Below, in pieces: positions 45,653 to 54,592 of a DNA stretch of 61,148 nucleotides. Made by a program: the position numbers and the translations under genes. The notes under the pieces are model-generated. The model was not told the origin of the DNA and made no database searches. It was given only the letters and a program-made list of their open reading frames with translations. The stretch is from the IMG/VR virus record IMGVR_UViG_3300037408_000144, positions 1 through 61,148 of that record. One strand, 5' to 3'. Position 1 is the stretch's first letter. Every line of letters begins with the position of its first letter. This DNA comes from a virus (taxonomy: Duplodnaviria; Caudoviricetes).

Positions 45653-46048
45653 ATGTCAGCGAACGCTCACGCCGAAACCCTGGCCCAGATCAAGCAGGAC
45701 AACCTGCACAGTGCCGCCCTGGCCGCGAAAGCCTCGCCGGAGCTGATCGAGCAGCTGGCGATCGACGCGATGACCACGACGGATGCCGACCTTCGGCGCA
45801 AGATCCTGGAAACCCTCCACAAGGTCGGCTGGAGTGCCGAGCCCAAGGCGGTGGCCACGCCCTACCAGGTGGCCAATTTCCAGATCGTCCTGGACGGGAG
45901 CGTCATGCAGACACGGCCCCAGCTGCCCACCGTGGAGGAAGTGCCGCCCCCACCGCTGCCGGCCCCCGAGCCGGTCCAGTCCCCCGCGTACAAGTTCGCC
46001 GTCCTGGACGACGAGGAATACTCGCTGCTCGACGCGGTCGACGACTGA
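45653..46048 (+). CDS. terS: Probable terminase small subunit (131 aa)
   Basis: Position before terL with TGATG overlap; ATG lies inside a 1-mismatch palindrome (45648-45659). Confidence 0.6.
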   Translation: MSANAHAETLAQIKQDNLHSAALAAKASPELIEQLAIDAMTTTDADLRRKILETLHKVGWSAEPKAVATPYQVANFQIVLDGSVMQTRPQLPTVEEVPPPPLPAPEPVQSPAYKFAVLDDEEYSLLDAVDD

Positions 46049-47490
46049 TGAAGTACATCCCCTCCCAGACCGGTGTCGAGTTCATCAAGGACCGCAGCTT
46101 CATCAAGCTGATCTGGGGCCCCGTGGGCAGCGGGAAATCCACCGTGTGCCTGATGGACCTGCTGGCCAGGGCGTATGACCAGACCCCGTTCAACGGGCTG
46201 CGGCGCACCAAGTTCGGGATCATGCGGAACACCGCCGCGCAGCTGAAATCGACGGTCAAGCCGATGATCGACGAGTGGCTGGTCACCATGCCGATGGAGT
46301 CCGACGGGGCCGCCCTCGGCCAGTGGCGTCTGACCGACAATACATTCGAAATACAGCTACTTCTGCCGGACGGCACCCGCATGCACACGGAGCTGATCCT
46401 GCTGGCCGCGGATACCCCGGACGACGTCCGGCGACTGCTGTCCCTGCAGCTGTCCGCTGCCTGGGTGGAGGAGGCCCGCGAGATCGACGAGGAGGTGTTC
46501 AAGGGCCTGCTGGGCCGCGTGGACCGGTTCCCCAGCCGCGTGGCTGGCGGGGTGAAGTACCCCGGCGTGATCTGCTCGACGAACGCCCCGGCGCTGAATT
46601 CGTACTGGCACAAGCTGATCGTCTCGCCCCCGTCGAACATGCAGGTGTTCGAGCAGCCCGCGGCCGTCCTGGAAGACCTGACGGTGAACCCCGAGGCGGA
46701 TAACCTGATGTACCTCGGCGAGGACTATTACCCGAACCTGATGTCCGCGAACAACGAGGACTGGGTGGACGTGTACCTGCGGAACAAGTTCGGCATGGGT
46801 AACGCCGGGCAGGCTGTGTACCGCTCGACGTTCAAGAAGTCGTTCCACGTCAGCAAGACGGAACTGCGGGCGGTGCCGGGCACGGCGCATCCGATCATCG
46901 TGGGCATGGACAACGGGTTGCAGGCCGCGGCAGCGATCATGCAGCAGGACGCCCGGGGGATCGTCAACGTGCTGTCGGAGTGCTACGTCTCCGAGGACCA
47001 GACGATGGGCGTGGAGACGTTCCTGGACAGGCTGCTGGTGCCGCACCTGACGGCGAAGTACCCGATACGCAAGGACGGGTTCCTGTTCGTCCTGGACCCG
47101 GCGTGTTTCCAGCGCAGCCAGGTCAACGAGGCCACGATCGCCCAGGCGGTGCAGGCCCGGGGGTTCAAGGTGGTGCGCGCCTCGACGAACGACCCGGACA
47201 AGCGCCAGCTGGCCCTGGAGGGCCTGCTCAACCGCGCCTACGACGGCGGGCCGGGGCTACGGTTCGACCCGGGGTGCCAGCACCTGATTGCCGCGATGGA
47301 GTGGGGGTACCGGTACAAGAAGATGGCCAACGGGCAGCAGACCACCACCAGGGACAAGACCCACCACAGCCACATCGCCGAGGCGGCGGAGTACGCCGCG
47401 GGGCACTACAACGCCCAGGTCAGCCAGACCCACACGGCGTTCCAGACCAAGGCGCGCACGGTCAAGCCGGTGGCGTATGCTTACGTCTGA
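46048..47490 (+). CDS. terL: Terminase large subunit
   Basis: GPVGSGKS, AWVEEARE, STNAP, VGMDNG, DPAC, HIAEAAEY. Confidence 0.92.
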   Translation: MKYIPSQTGVEFIKDRSFIKLIWGPVGSGKSTVCLMDLLARAYDQTPFNGLRRTKFGIMRNTAAQLKSTVKPMIDEWLVTMPMESDGAALGQWRLTDNTFEIQLLLPDGTRMHTELILLAADTPDDVRRLLSLQLSAAWVEEAREIDEEVFKGLLGRVDRFPSRVAGGVKYPGVICSTNAPALNSYWHKLIVSPPSNMQVFEQPAAVLEDLTVNPEADNLMYLGEDYYPNLMSANNEDWVDVYLRNKFGMGNAGQAVYRSTFKKSFHVSKTELRAVPGTAHPIIVGMDNGLQAAAAIMQQDARGIVNVLSECYVSEDQTMGVETFLDRLLVPHLTAKYPIRKDGFLFVLDPACFQRSQVNEATIAQAVQARGFKVVRASTNDPDKRQLALEGLLNRAYDGGPGLRFDPGCQHLIAAMEWGYRYKKMANGQQTTTRDKTHHSHIAEAAEYAAGHYNAQVSQTHTAFQTKARTVKPVAYAYV

Positions 47491-47692
47491 CATCTTCACG
47501 ATCAAGCTGCGCAGTGTCAGCGAGCCGTTCGATGCCGGCTTGCACGTCGAGTTGAAGTTCGACGTCAGTTCGTCCAGCGGCGAGGAGGGCGAGCTGTATC
47601 TGCGGGTCAGGCCGGCGGAGGCGTACAAGTACCAGACCTCGGAGGTCCTGGCAGGGCAGTTCGTGCGTGTTTCGTGCCCGGTTACCACCTGA
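47477..47692 (+). CDS. Hypothetical protein (71 aa)
   Basis: Fills the terL-portal gap; typical codons. Confidence 0.55.
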   Translation: MLTSDIFTIKLRSVSEPFDAGLHVELKFDVSSSSGEEGELYLRVRPAEAYKYQTSEVLAGQFVRVSCPVTT

Positions 47693-47696
47693 CCCC

Positions 47697-47711
47697 CTAA
47701 CGTGTTAGACT
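47697..47711 (+). promoter_or_regulatory. CTAACGTGTTAG palindrome with extended -10 (TGtTAGACT) before the portal gene
   Basis: Perfect copy; 6 nt between the -10 and the ATG. Confidence 0.75.
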
Positions 47712-47717
47712 AGCCCC

Positions 47718-49844
47718 ATGCAGACACTGGGGTTGCCTATGCCTGGACCCATGCCCGTCGCGGCAGGTGCCCCCGTTGCTGCCCCAGCAGGATCGCTGCT
47801 GCCCCAGACCGTGAACCTGGGCGGGCTGCTCACCGCGCGTAACCAGGCCGCCGTGCTGCAGATGGAGCGCCAGGAGGCGTTCGCCAGCCAGTACCGCGAG
47901 GAGCAGGCGCAGCCCGTGATCACCGGGCTGGCCGGGCACGTGAAGGGGTTCTGGACCAAGGCGTCCCAGGCGCGCACCACCGTCGAGACCGAGATGGTCG
48001 AGGCCATGCTGGCGCGGCGTGGCGAGTACACCGCGGCGAAACTGCAGCAGATACGGGACGCCAAGCAGCCGGCCATCTACATGATGGTCGCGTCGTCCAA
48101 GATGCGCCAGGTCGAAGCCCTGCTGCGCGACGTGCTGCTCGGCACGGGGTCGGACAAGCCCTGGACCCTGGCCCCAACGCCGGAGCCTGAGCTGCCCCCG
48201 CAGCTCGTGGCGGCCGTCACCCAGCAGCTGGCTGGGGAGATCCAGCAGGCCATGATGGGCGGGTTCATGCCCACGATGCAGGCCGCGCAGGCGAGGTTGC
48301 GCGAGATGCGCGACGAGCTGCAGCCGCTGCTCATGGAGCAGGCGAAGAAGCACGCCGAGCGCATGGAGACGAAGATGGAGGACCAGCTCGTCGAGGGCGG
48401 GATACTCCAGGCGCTGGATTCGCTGGTCACGGACATCGGGACGTTCAAGTCGGCGTTCCTGGGCGGGCCGTTCGTGCGGCGCAAGCCCGTGATGTCCTGG
48501 TCCCCGGACGGCGAGCTGGTTGTCACGGACGACCTGGTGCTGGAGTGGGAGCGGGTAGACCCGTTCGACATGTACCCGGCGCCCTGGGCGAAGAACATCC
48601 AGAAGGACGACCTGATCCGCCGCTGGCGCCTGAGCCGGGGCCAGCTCAACGAGCTGATCGGCGTCGAGGGGTTCAGCGAGGCGGCGATACGCCAGGTCCT
48701 GACGGATTACCCCAGCGGGCACCGCGAGTGGCAGTCGATCGACTCCCAGGTTGCTGCCGCGGAGGGGAAGGACCAGTCAGACATCCTGGAGTCCGGGCTG
48801 TACGACACGCTGCAGTACTGGGGCTCGGCCAGCGGCCAGATGCTGCTCGACTGGGGCATGGACGCCTCCCAGGTGCCCGACGCCCAGAAGGAGTACCAGG
48901 TCGAAGCCTGGATGGTCGGCACGCACGTCATCAAGGCGGTGCTCAACGCCGACCCGCTGGGTCGCCGGCCGTACTACTCGACCAGTTACCAGATCGTCCC
49001 CGGCTCGGTGTGGGGCAACAGCCCCTACGACCTGTGCCGCGACTGCCAGGACATGTGCAACGCCTCGGCTCGCTCGCTGGCGGCGAACATGGGCATCAGC
49101 TCCGGGCCCCAGGTGGCCGTGATCTCCAACCGCATCCCGGCGGGCGAGGAGATCACCGAGATGTACCCGTGGAAGATCTGGCAGTTCGAGACCGACCCGA
49201 TGGGGTCGACGGCCAAGCCCATCGAGTTCTTCCAGCCCGGGAGCAACGCCAACGAGCTGATGGCCGTGTTCGAGCGGTTCAGCCTGCTGGCTGACGAGTA
49301 TGTCGGGGTGCCGCGCTACATGGCCGGGTTCAATGGCGGCGAGGGCGGCGCAGGGCGCACTGCCAGCGGCATCGCGTTGATGGTGGGCAACGCGAGCAAG
49401 GCGATCAAGCAGGTAGTCGGCTCGATCGACGTTTACGTCATCACCCCACTGCTGGAGAGATTATATTACTATAACATGCGTTATAGTGACGATCCAGCGC
49501 TGAAAGGGGACGTTAAGATAGTCGCCAGAGGGGCCACGTCACTGATTGCAAAGGAATCTGCCCAGGTCCGGCTGAACGAGTTCTTGGCGGCTACGACTAA
49601 CCCAGTCGATATGCAGATCGTCGGGCTAGATGGCCGGGCGGAGCTGTTGCGCCACGCTGCTAGGCGTCTTGACGTAAACGCGGATAAGGTGGTACCGCCG
49701 GCCGGTGTTTTGGCGATGCGCGGGGCGCAGGCCATGCAACAGCAGGCATTGCAACAAGGCACCCCAGCAAGCCCCACAGGCAGCAAAGAGCAGTTGCAGA
49801 ACGGCGAGCCTGTCACGGACAATTTTAGCCCCCGCGCCAAGTAG
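47718..49844 (+). CDS. Portal protein
   Basis: 708 aa after terL; RVDPFDMYP, PGSVWG, AGRTASG. Confidence 0.85.
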   Translation: MQTLGLPMPGPMPVAAGAPVAAPAGSLLPQTVNLGGLLTARNQAAVLQMERQEAFASQYREEQAQPVITGLAGHVKGFWTKASQARTTVETEMVEAMLARRGEYTAAKLQQIRDAKQPAIYMMVASSKMRQVEALLRDVLLGTGSDKPWTLAPTPEPELPPQLVAAVTQQLAGEIQQAMMGGFMPTMQAAQARLREMRDELQPLLMEQAKKHAERMETKMEDQLVEGGILQALDSLVTDIGTFKSAFLGGPFVRRKPVMSWSPDGELVVTDDLVLEWERVDPFDMYPAPWAKNIQKDDLIRRWRLSRGQLNELIGVEGFSEAAIRQVLTDYPSGHREWQSIDSQVAAAEGKDQSDILESGLYDTLQYWGSASGQMLLDWGMDASQVPDAQKEYQVEAWMVGTHVIKAVLNADPLGRRPYYSTSYQIVPGSVWGNSPYDLCRDCQDMCNASARSLAANMGISSGPQVAVISNRIPAGEEITEMYPWKIWQFETDPMGSTAKPIEFFQPGSNANELMAVFERFSLLADEYVGVPRYMAGFNGGEGGAGRTASGIALMVGNASKAIKQVVGSIDVYVITPLLERLYYYNMRYSDDPALKGDVKIVARGATSLIAKESAQVRLNEFLAATTNPVDMQIVGLDGRAELLRHAARRLDVNADKVVPPAGVLAMRGAQAMQQQALQQGTPASPTGSKEQLQNGEPVTDNFSPRAK

Positions 49845-49850
49845 GTCACC

Positions 49851-50396
49851 GTGCCGTACCATCCCTCCGTCCGTAAGCAGAAGCAGGCTGAGTACGTTGC
49901 TAGGAACAAGGAGCGCCTGCGCGAGAAGCAGAAAGCGTGGTACCAGACCAACCGCGACGCGCAGCTCGAACTGATGCGTAGACGCTACTCCGAAAAACGC
50001 GACGAGGTTCGCGCAGAACAACGGGCGTACTACCAGGAAAACGTAGGTTCAATACGGGCGAAGCAGGCGGAATGGAAAGCCGCGAACCCAAACTACGACA
50101 GAGATCGGTACGCGTTCAACCCCGCACCGTTCATCGCCAAGTCTTCAAGCCGCAGAGCGGCGGAACTGCAACGACGCCCCCGGTGGGATAACGAGTTAGA
50201 CGAGATGGTCATGCTGGAGGCCGCCGACTTGGCGGTGCGTAGGCGTCAGGCAACCGGCATCGACTGGCATGTAGATCACATTGTCCCGCTTCGCGGCGAC
50301 ACGGTGTGTGGGCTCCACGTCTGGAACAACTTACAGGTTATCCCGGCGGTGGAGAACGTCCGTAAGGGCAACCGTTTCCAGCAAGGAGCCGCGTGA
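49851..50396 (+). CDS. HNH homing endonuclease
   Basis: Basic helical repeats; WHVDHIVPLRGDTVCGLHVWNNLQVIPAVENVRKGN. Confidence 0.9.
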   Translation: MPYHPSVRKQKQAEYVARNKERLREKQKAWYQTNRDAQLELMRRRYSEKRDEVRAEQRAYYQENVGSIRAKQAEWKAANPNYDRDRYAFNPAPFIAKSSSRRAAELQRRPRWDNELDEMVMLEAADLAVRRRQATGIDWHVDHIVPLRGDTVCGLHVWNNLQVIPAVENVRKGNRFQQGAA

Positions 50397-50545
50397 TGGC
50401 AACCAAGAAGCCCAACCCATTCGCCAAGTACCGCGAAGGCAAAGAGTCCAAGGCCCACGAGAAGGGCGAGTCGAAGGGCTTGCAGCGCTACGAGGCCAAG
50501 AAGGGCATGGAGCGTCACGGCAAGAAAGCCGGCAGGAAGTGCTGA
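50396..50545 (+). CDS. Small Lys-rich protein (49 aa)
   Basis: AAGGAG SD; TGATG overlap; MATKKPNPFAKYREGKESKAHEKGE... Confidence 0.7.
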   Translation: MATKKPNPFAKYREGKESKAHEKGESKGLQRYEAKKGMERHGKKAGRKC

Positions 50546-50546
50546 C

Positions 50547-50834
50547 GTGGAGCAGGAAGCCCACCGGGATGACCGTGAGGATCACTGGCACCTAGACAAA
50601 AAGGTACCGGTTGCGTTCATCGTCGTCTTGCTGGGATACGGTCTGGCGGGCATGTGGTTCATCGCCGACATCAAGAAGGACGTCGAGATCCTGAAGGCGG
50701 CCAACGTGTCTCAGTCCCAGCGCGACAGCCTGCAGGACAAGCTCTTGGCCGACGGAGTGGCGCTCATCCGCGCCGACATGGCCTACATCCGGCAGCAGCT
50801 GGACTTGCTGATCCGCGACGGGGCGAAGAGGTGA
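50547..50834 (+). CDS. Single-TM + coiled-coil protein (holin/antiholin-like)
   Basis: WHLDKKVPVAFIVVLL.. Confidence 0.6.
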   Translation: MEQEAHRDDREDHWHLDKKVPVAFIVVLLGYGLAGMWFIADIKKDVEILKAANVSQSQRDSLQDKLLADGVALIRADMAYIRQQLDLLIRDGAKR

Positions 50835-51001
50835 AGCCCTACGGCCCGCTTCCCGTCCGCGGGTACGAGCCAGTGTCTAACGACGTGTACAAGAAGCGGC
50901 AGGATGAAACAGTTGAAAGGCTGTTAGAATCACTTGGCCAACAGGTGTTAGAGCGACGCAAGTCGACGCCACGGCCCGCCAAGGGCGAACACGAGGACTA
51001 A
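50831..51001 (+). CDS. Hypothetical protein (56 aa)
   Basis: GTGA overlap; atypical codons. Confidence 0.35.
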   Translation: MKPYGPLPVRGYEPVSNDVYKKRQDETVERLLESLGQQVLERRKSTPRPAKGEHED

Positions 51002-51002
51002 C

Positions 51003-51281
51003 ATGAACCTGCCGATCATCCCGCACGACAAGGCGCTGCACTTCATCTACGGCCTGGCCGTGGGTGTGGTGTCCTACAACGCGGCGATCAAGGCCGGCTT
51101 TGCCGGCTACGCCGTGGTCATCGGCTTCCTGGCCGCTGCCGTGGTTGGTGCGGCGAAGGAAGGGCTCGACTGGCTGCTGAACAAGCGGGCCGTCAAGGCT
51201 GGCCTGCCGGCCCCGCACACCGTGTCGCTCCCCGACGCCATCGCAACCGCAGCAGGCGGGGCTGTGCTCTGGTTTGTCTGA
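51003..51281 (+). CDS. Multi-pass membrane protein
   Basis: DKALHF..G, KE..D, DAIATAAGG; GAGGA SD. Confidence 0.7.
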   Translation: MNLPIIPHDKALHFIYGLAVGVVSYNAAIKAGFAGYAVVIGFLAAAVVGAAKEGLDWLLNKRAVKAGLPAPHTVSLPDAIATAAGGAVLWFV

Positions 51282-51282
51282 C

Positions 51283-51789
51283 ATGGCGAACTTCCTGCCG
51301 GCCTACGAGCGCGTGATCGTCCTGGAGGGCGGGTACACGCTGCACGATGTTAAGGATGACAGGGGCGGGCAGACCTACGCCGGCATCGCGCGCAAGCACT
51401 GGCCTGCGTGGCCGGGTTGGCAGCACATCGACCATGACGAGACGCCCCCGACGCCGCTGGTGCGCGAGTTCTATCGGAAGTATTTCTGGGACGCCGTCAA
51501 GGGCGACGAAATTGCCGACCAGGACATCGCCACCTCGGTCTATTCCTGCGCCGTGAATATGGGCGTGAAGGTGGCGACGCGACTTGTCCAGGTGGTTGTT
51601 GGCACCACGCCGGATGGTGACTTCGGGCCTCGTACTCTGTCGGCGCTGAACGCATTCAACCCGGCGCTGTTCCTGGCGCGCTTCAGCATCGCCAAGATGG
51701 CGCGCTATGCCGAGATCGTGCGCCGCGACAGGTCGCAGGCCAAGTTCCTGTTGGGCTGGGTGAGCCGCGTGCTGAAGGAGTCGCCATGA
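51283..51789 (+). CDS. Endolysin, glycosyl hydrolase 108 family with peptidoglycan-binding C-terminus
   Basis: EGGY..DDRGGQTYAGI; PDGDFGPRT; KFLLGWVSR. Confidence 0.9.
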   Translation: MANFLPAYERVIVLEGGYTLHDVKDDRGGQTYAGIARKHWPAWPGWQHIDHDETPPTPLVREFYRKYFWDAVKGDEIADQDIATSVYSCAVNMGVKVATRLVQVVVGTTPDGDFGPRTLSALNAFNPALFLARFSIAKMARYAEIVRRDRSQAKFLLGWVSRVLKESP

Positions 51790-52241
51790 TCCCCGCCGCC
51801 ATCCTGGCCCCGGCCATCGGCAGCATCGCCGAGACAATCGCCGGCATCATTGACAGCGTCCACACCTCCGACGAGGAGCGTCTGCAGGCCGCGCTCGAGG
51901 CGCAGAAGCTCGGCATCGAGGAGGCCAAGATCAGCGCCGGCCTGCTGCAAGGCCAGATGGCCGTCAACGTCGAGGAGGCCAAGCACTCCTCGGTGTTCGT
52001 CGCCGGCTGGCGCCCGGCGGTGGGCTGGGTCGGCGTGCTCGGCCTGCTTTACCAATTCGTGCTCTACCCCCTGATGATCTGGGGCTGGGCCATGTTTCAG
52101 GCGTGGGGCTGGGTGCCGGGTGACATGCGGCCTCCGCCCCTGCTTGATGTCGATGCGCTAATCGTGCTGCTCGGGGCCATCCTGGGCATCGGAGCAGCGC
52201 GCACCGTGGAAAAGGTCAAGGGCGTCGCCCAGACCAGGTAG
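51786..52241 (+). CDS. Holin (3TM, GTA-type)
   Basis: HTSDEE, EAKHSSVFVAGWRPAVGW, LGIGAARTVEKVKG. Confidence 0.85.
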   Translation: MIPAAILAPAIGSIAETIAGIIDSVHTSDEERLQAALEAQKLGIEEAKISAGLLQGQMAVNVEEAKHSSVFVAGWRPAVGWVGVLGLLYQFVLYPLMIWGWAMFQAWGWVPGDMRPPPLLDVDALIVLLGAILGIGAARTVEKVKGVAQTR

Positions 52242-52273
52242 CAATCCGCCGCAAGGCGCAATTTGAAGGAGCC

Positions 52274-52783
52274 ATGATGGCAACCGAAATCGCTCAGAAC
52301 AGCACCCGCAACATCGACGCGCTCGGCATCGTCCTGCGCATGGACAAGATCGTCAAGGAACTGATCGGCTCGCAGTCGCACGGCGTGTCCGTCGTCCGTG
52401 AAGCCGACTTCGAGCGCGCGAATGCGTATCTCGATGAGTTGGAGTCGTTCGTGGCCCACTGCTCGCGCCGTCCGCAGCAGGACTACCCGAAGACCTACGA
52501 CATGGAAATCAAGCTCCCCGAGCCCACCGTCGTTCCGATGATGGACAACCTCGCCGTGCTGCACCTCGCGCAGATGGTGGACACGTGGCGCTACGAAATC
52601 GCCAACAGCGAAACCAGCCGCTGGTCGTCGGGCATCCACGGCCCGGATGCGAAGCGCCTGGCGAACTACTTCGGCGACTACCGCGCGTTCTTCCAGGAGC
52701 ACATCGCCACGCAGCTTCCGCAGGACTACCCGGAGACGGTGCCGTCCTTCCCTTTGACGGGCAAGGGCGCGCTGGGCGTCTGA
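52274..52783 (+). CDS. Hypothetical helical protein
   Basis: AAGGAG SD; internal QDYP repeat. Confidence 0.75.
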   Translation: MMATEIAQNSTRNIDALGIVLRMDKIVKELIGSQSHGVSVVREADFERANAYLDELESFVAHCSRRPQQDYPKTYDMEIKLPEPTVVPMMDNLAVLHLAQMVDTWRYEIANSETSRWSSGIHGPDAKRLANYFGDYRAFFQEHIATQLPQDYPETVPSFPLTGKGALGV

Positions 52784-52865
52784 CGCCATGCGACCGCAGC
52801 AGCTACTTGATGCGAAGGCGGCTGCTGCCGCCGCGCCCGCTCCTTCACCGAAAGGGAACAAGCCT

Positions 52866-53225
52866 ATGGCAACCGACAAGACCGTCAACGCCACCGTCAT
52901 CGTTGTACGCGATGGCAGCGCAACGACACAGAACTTCCCGGCTCTCGGGTATGCCACCTTCGTGGCGCTTCAGTCCGCATGTGCCGGCGTTCTGTCCATG
53001 CTTCAGTCGTGGGGCTCGATCCGAGTGGCAGAAATGGCTGAAGGCCGCGATGGAGACCGCCCGGGCGGCGAGTGCGAACTTCGCCTGTCGCTGATGGCCG
53101 ATCACGGTGGCGGCGGCACCTCCGAAGTCACGTTGTCCTACACCGGCATCTCGGCCAAGGACGCCGATGAAATCACCGGGGCGATGATGGGCGCGGTTGC
53201 CTCGGTGGTGAAGCCGAAGGCGTAG
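52866..53225 (+). CDS. Hypothetical protein (119 aa)
   Basis: ATG at 52866 with purine-rich leader. Confidence 0.65.
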   Translation: MATDKTVNATVIVVRDGSATTQNFPALGYATFVALQSACAGVLSMLQSWGSIRVAEMAEGRDGDRPGGECELRLSLMADHGGGGTSEVTLSYTGISAKDADEITGAMMGAVASVVKPKA

Positions 53226-53228
53226 TTC

Positions 53229-53333
53229 GTGGAGTACGTTTCTACGGCGCTGTCCGGCCCGGTCATGTTCTGGGTCGGGCTCGCCGTGGGCGTGCTGCTG
53301 ACGCTTCTAGCCGTTTCTGAATGCGGTAAGTGA
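53229..53333 (+). CDS. Small membrane peptide (34 aa)
   Basis: ..PVMFWVGLAVGVLLTLLAV..; GTGA overlap with the next gene. Confidence 0.45.
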   Translation: MEYVSTALSGPVMFWVGLAVGVLLTLLAVSECGK

Positions 53334-53521
53334 AAGATACTGACGTATTCCAGCGCATCCCTGCCAACGTCCTTCGCCCCTGGCTAGAAAAGGAACAAGC
53401 CGAGGCCCTTCGCCTGCTGACACATGGCGTGGACACCGTAGCCATATACCGGGCACAGGGTCGTGCGCTGTTCATCGAACATTTACTGAAGCTGTTGACC
53501 GCAGCCCAATCCACCCGTTGA
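53330..53521 (+). CDS. Hypothetical protein preceding the scaffold
   Basis: IYRAQGRA pattern typical of this position. Confidence 0.65.
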   Translation: MKDTDVFQRIPANVLRPWLEKEQAEALRLLTHGVDTVAIYRAQGRALFIEHLLKLLTAAQSTR

Positions 53522-53546
53522 CAACGGTCATCTAACGTGTTAGAGT
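53518..53546 (+). promoter_or_regulatory. sigma70 promoter TTGACA-N17-TAGAGT containing the palindrome (53532-53543)
   Basis: Same geometry as the promoter at 42234-42262. Confidence 0.8.
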
Positions 53547-53602
53547 TGTCAGTAGGTACTTACCAACGCTAGTCCACAGTGGCAGCGTGAGGAGATAAGA
53601 CT

Positions 53603-54556
53603 ATGGCTGTTCCGAAGAATGTGCAGCGTCAGCTCGACGCGGCCGAGGCGACTCAGCAGGCAATTGCTGCGGAAGCTGTCACCCAGGACCCGAACCTCGT
53701 CACTGACGTTCGCCAACTGGAGCAGCCGGCCCCAACCCCCGCTGTAGCACCCGAGCCGACTCCGGCACCCGCACCAGCCCCACAGTCCCAGGACTCGCTT
53801 GACCACAAGTTCCGCACGCTCCAGGGCATGTGGAATGCGGAGAGGGCGCAGAACAAGGCGCTGGAAAGTCAACTGAGCCAGCTTTCGCAGCAGGTTCAGG
53901 TTCTGGTCGCAGCGGCATCGAAACCCGCAGCGCCGGTACAGACTCCGGCCCCCCAGGCGGACCCGCGAGATGCGGCGCAGTTCGGCGAGGACATGGTGGA
54001 GATGGTGCAGCGGTATACGACCCGTGCACTGGAAGCGATGCGCAGCGACGTAGCTGCCGTTGCTGCTGATCTGGACAAGCGGCTGAAGTCGCTGGAAGGT
54101 CAGATCGGCGGAGTGAGCCAGAAGACCGAGATGACCTTGGAGCAAGCGTTCTACGGCGCGTTGGATCAGGCAGTGCCCGAGTGGCGCCAGATCAACGTGG
54201 ACGAGCGCTGGCTGGCGTGGCTGGGCGAAGTGGACGAGGTCTACGGTGCCCCACGGCAAGCCGCACTCGAATCCGCACATCAGCGGATGGACGCCAAGCG
54301 GGTCATTGCGATCTTCAACCAGTTCAAGGCGGCCACGCCTGCGAAGCCGAAGCTGGAATCCCAGCAGACGCCGAGCGGATCGGGGCAGCCGGCACCGGTC
54401 CCGCAGGCCGAGCCAGTGAAGCGAATGGTTTCGACGAAGCTGGTGAAGCAGTTCTACGACGACCTGGCCAAAGGACGTTATCGCGGGCGTGAAGCGGAAG
54501 CGGATCGCCTACAGGCTGAAATTGATCGGGCCGCTATGGAAGGCCGCATCGTGTAG
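53603..54556 (+). CDS. Capsid scaffolding protein
   Basis: KFRTLQGMWNAE, VPEWRQIN, EIDRAAMEGRI; precedes the capsid gene. Confidence 0.8.
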   Translation: MAVPKNVQRQLDAAEATQQAIAAEAVTQDPNLVTDVRQLEQPAPTPAVAPEPTPAPAPAPQSQDSLDHKFRTLQGMWNAERAQNKALESQLSQLSQQVQVLVAAASKPAAPVQTPAPQADPRDAAQFGEDMVEMVQRYTTRALEAMRSDVAAVAADLDKRLKSLEGQIGGVSQKTEMTLEQAFYGALDQAVPEWRQINVDERWLAWLGEVDEVYGAPRQAALESAHQRMDAKRVIAIFNQFKAATPAKPKLESQQTPSGSGQPAPVPQAEPVKRMVSTKLVKQFYDDLAKGRYRGREAEADRLQAEIDRAAMEGRIV

Positions 54557-54592
54557 AGCACGGCGGTTGGTGGCCCCTAAAGGAGAGCAGAG

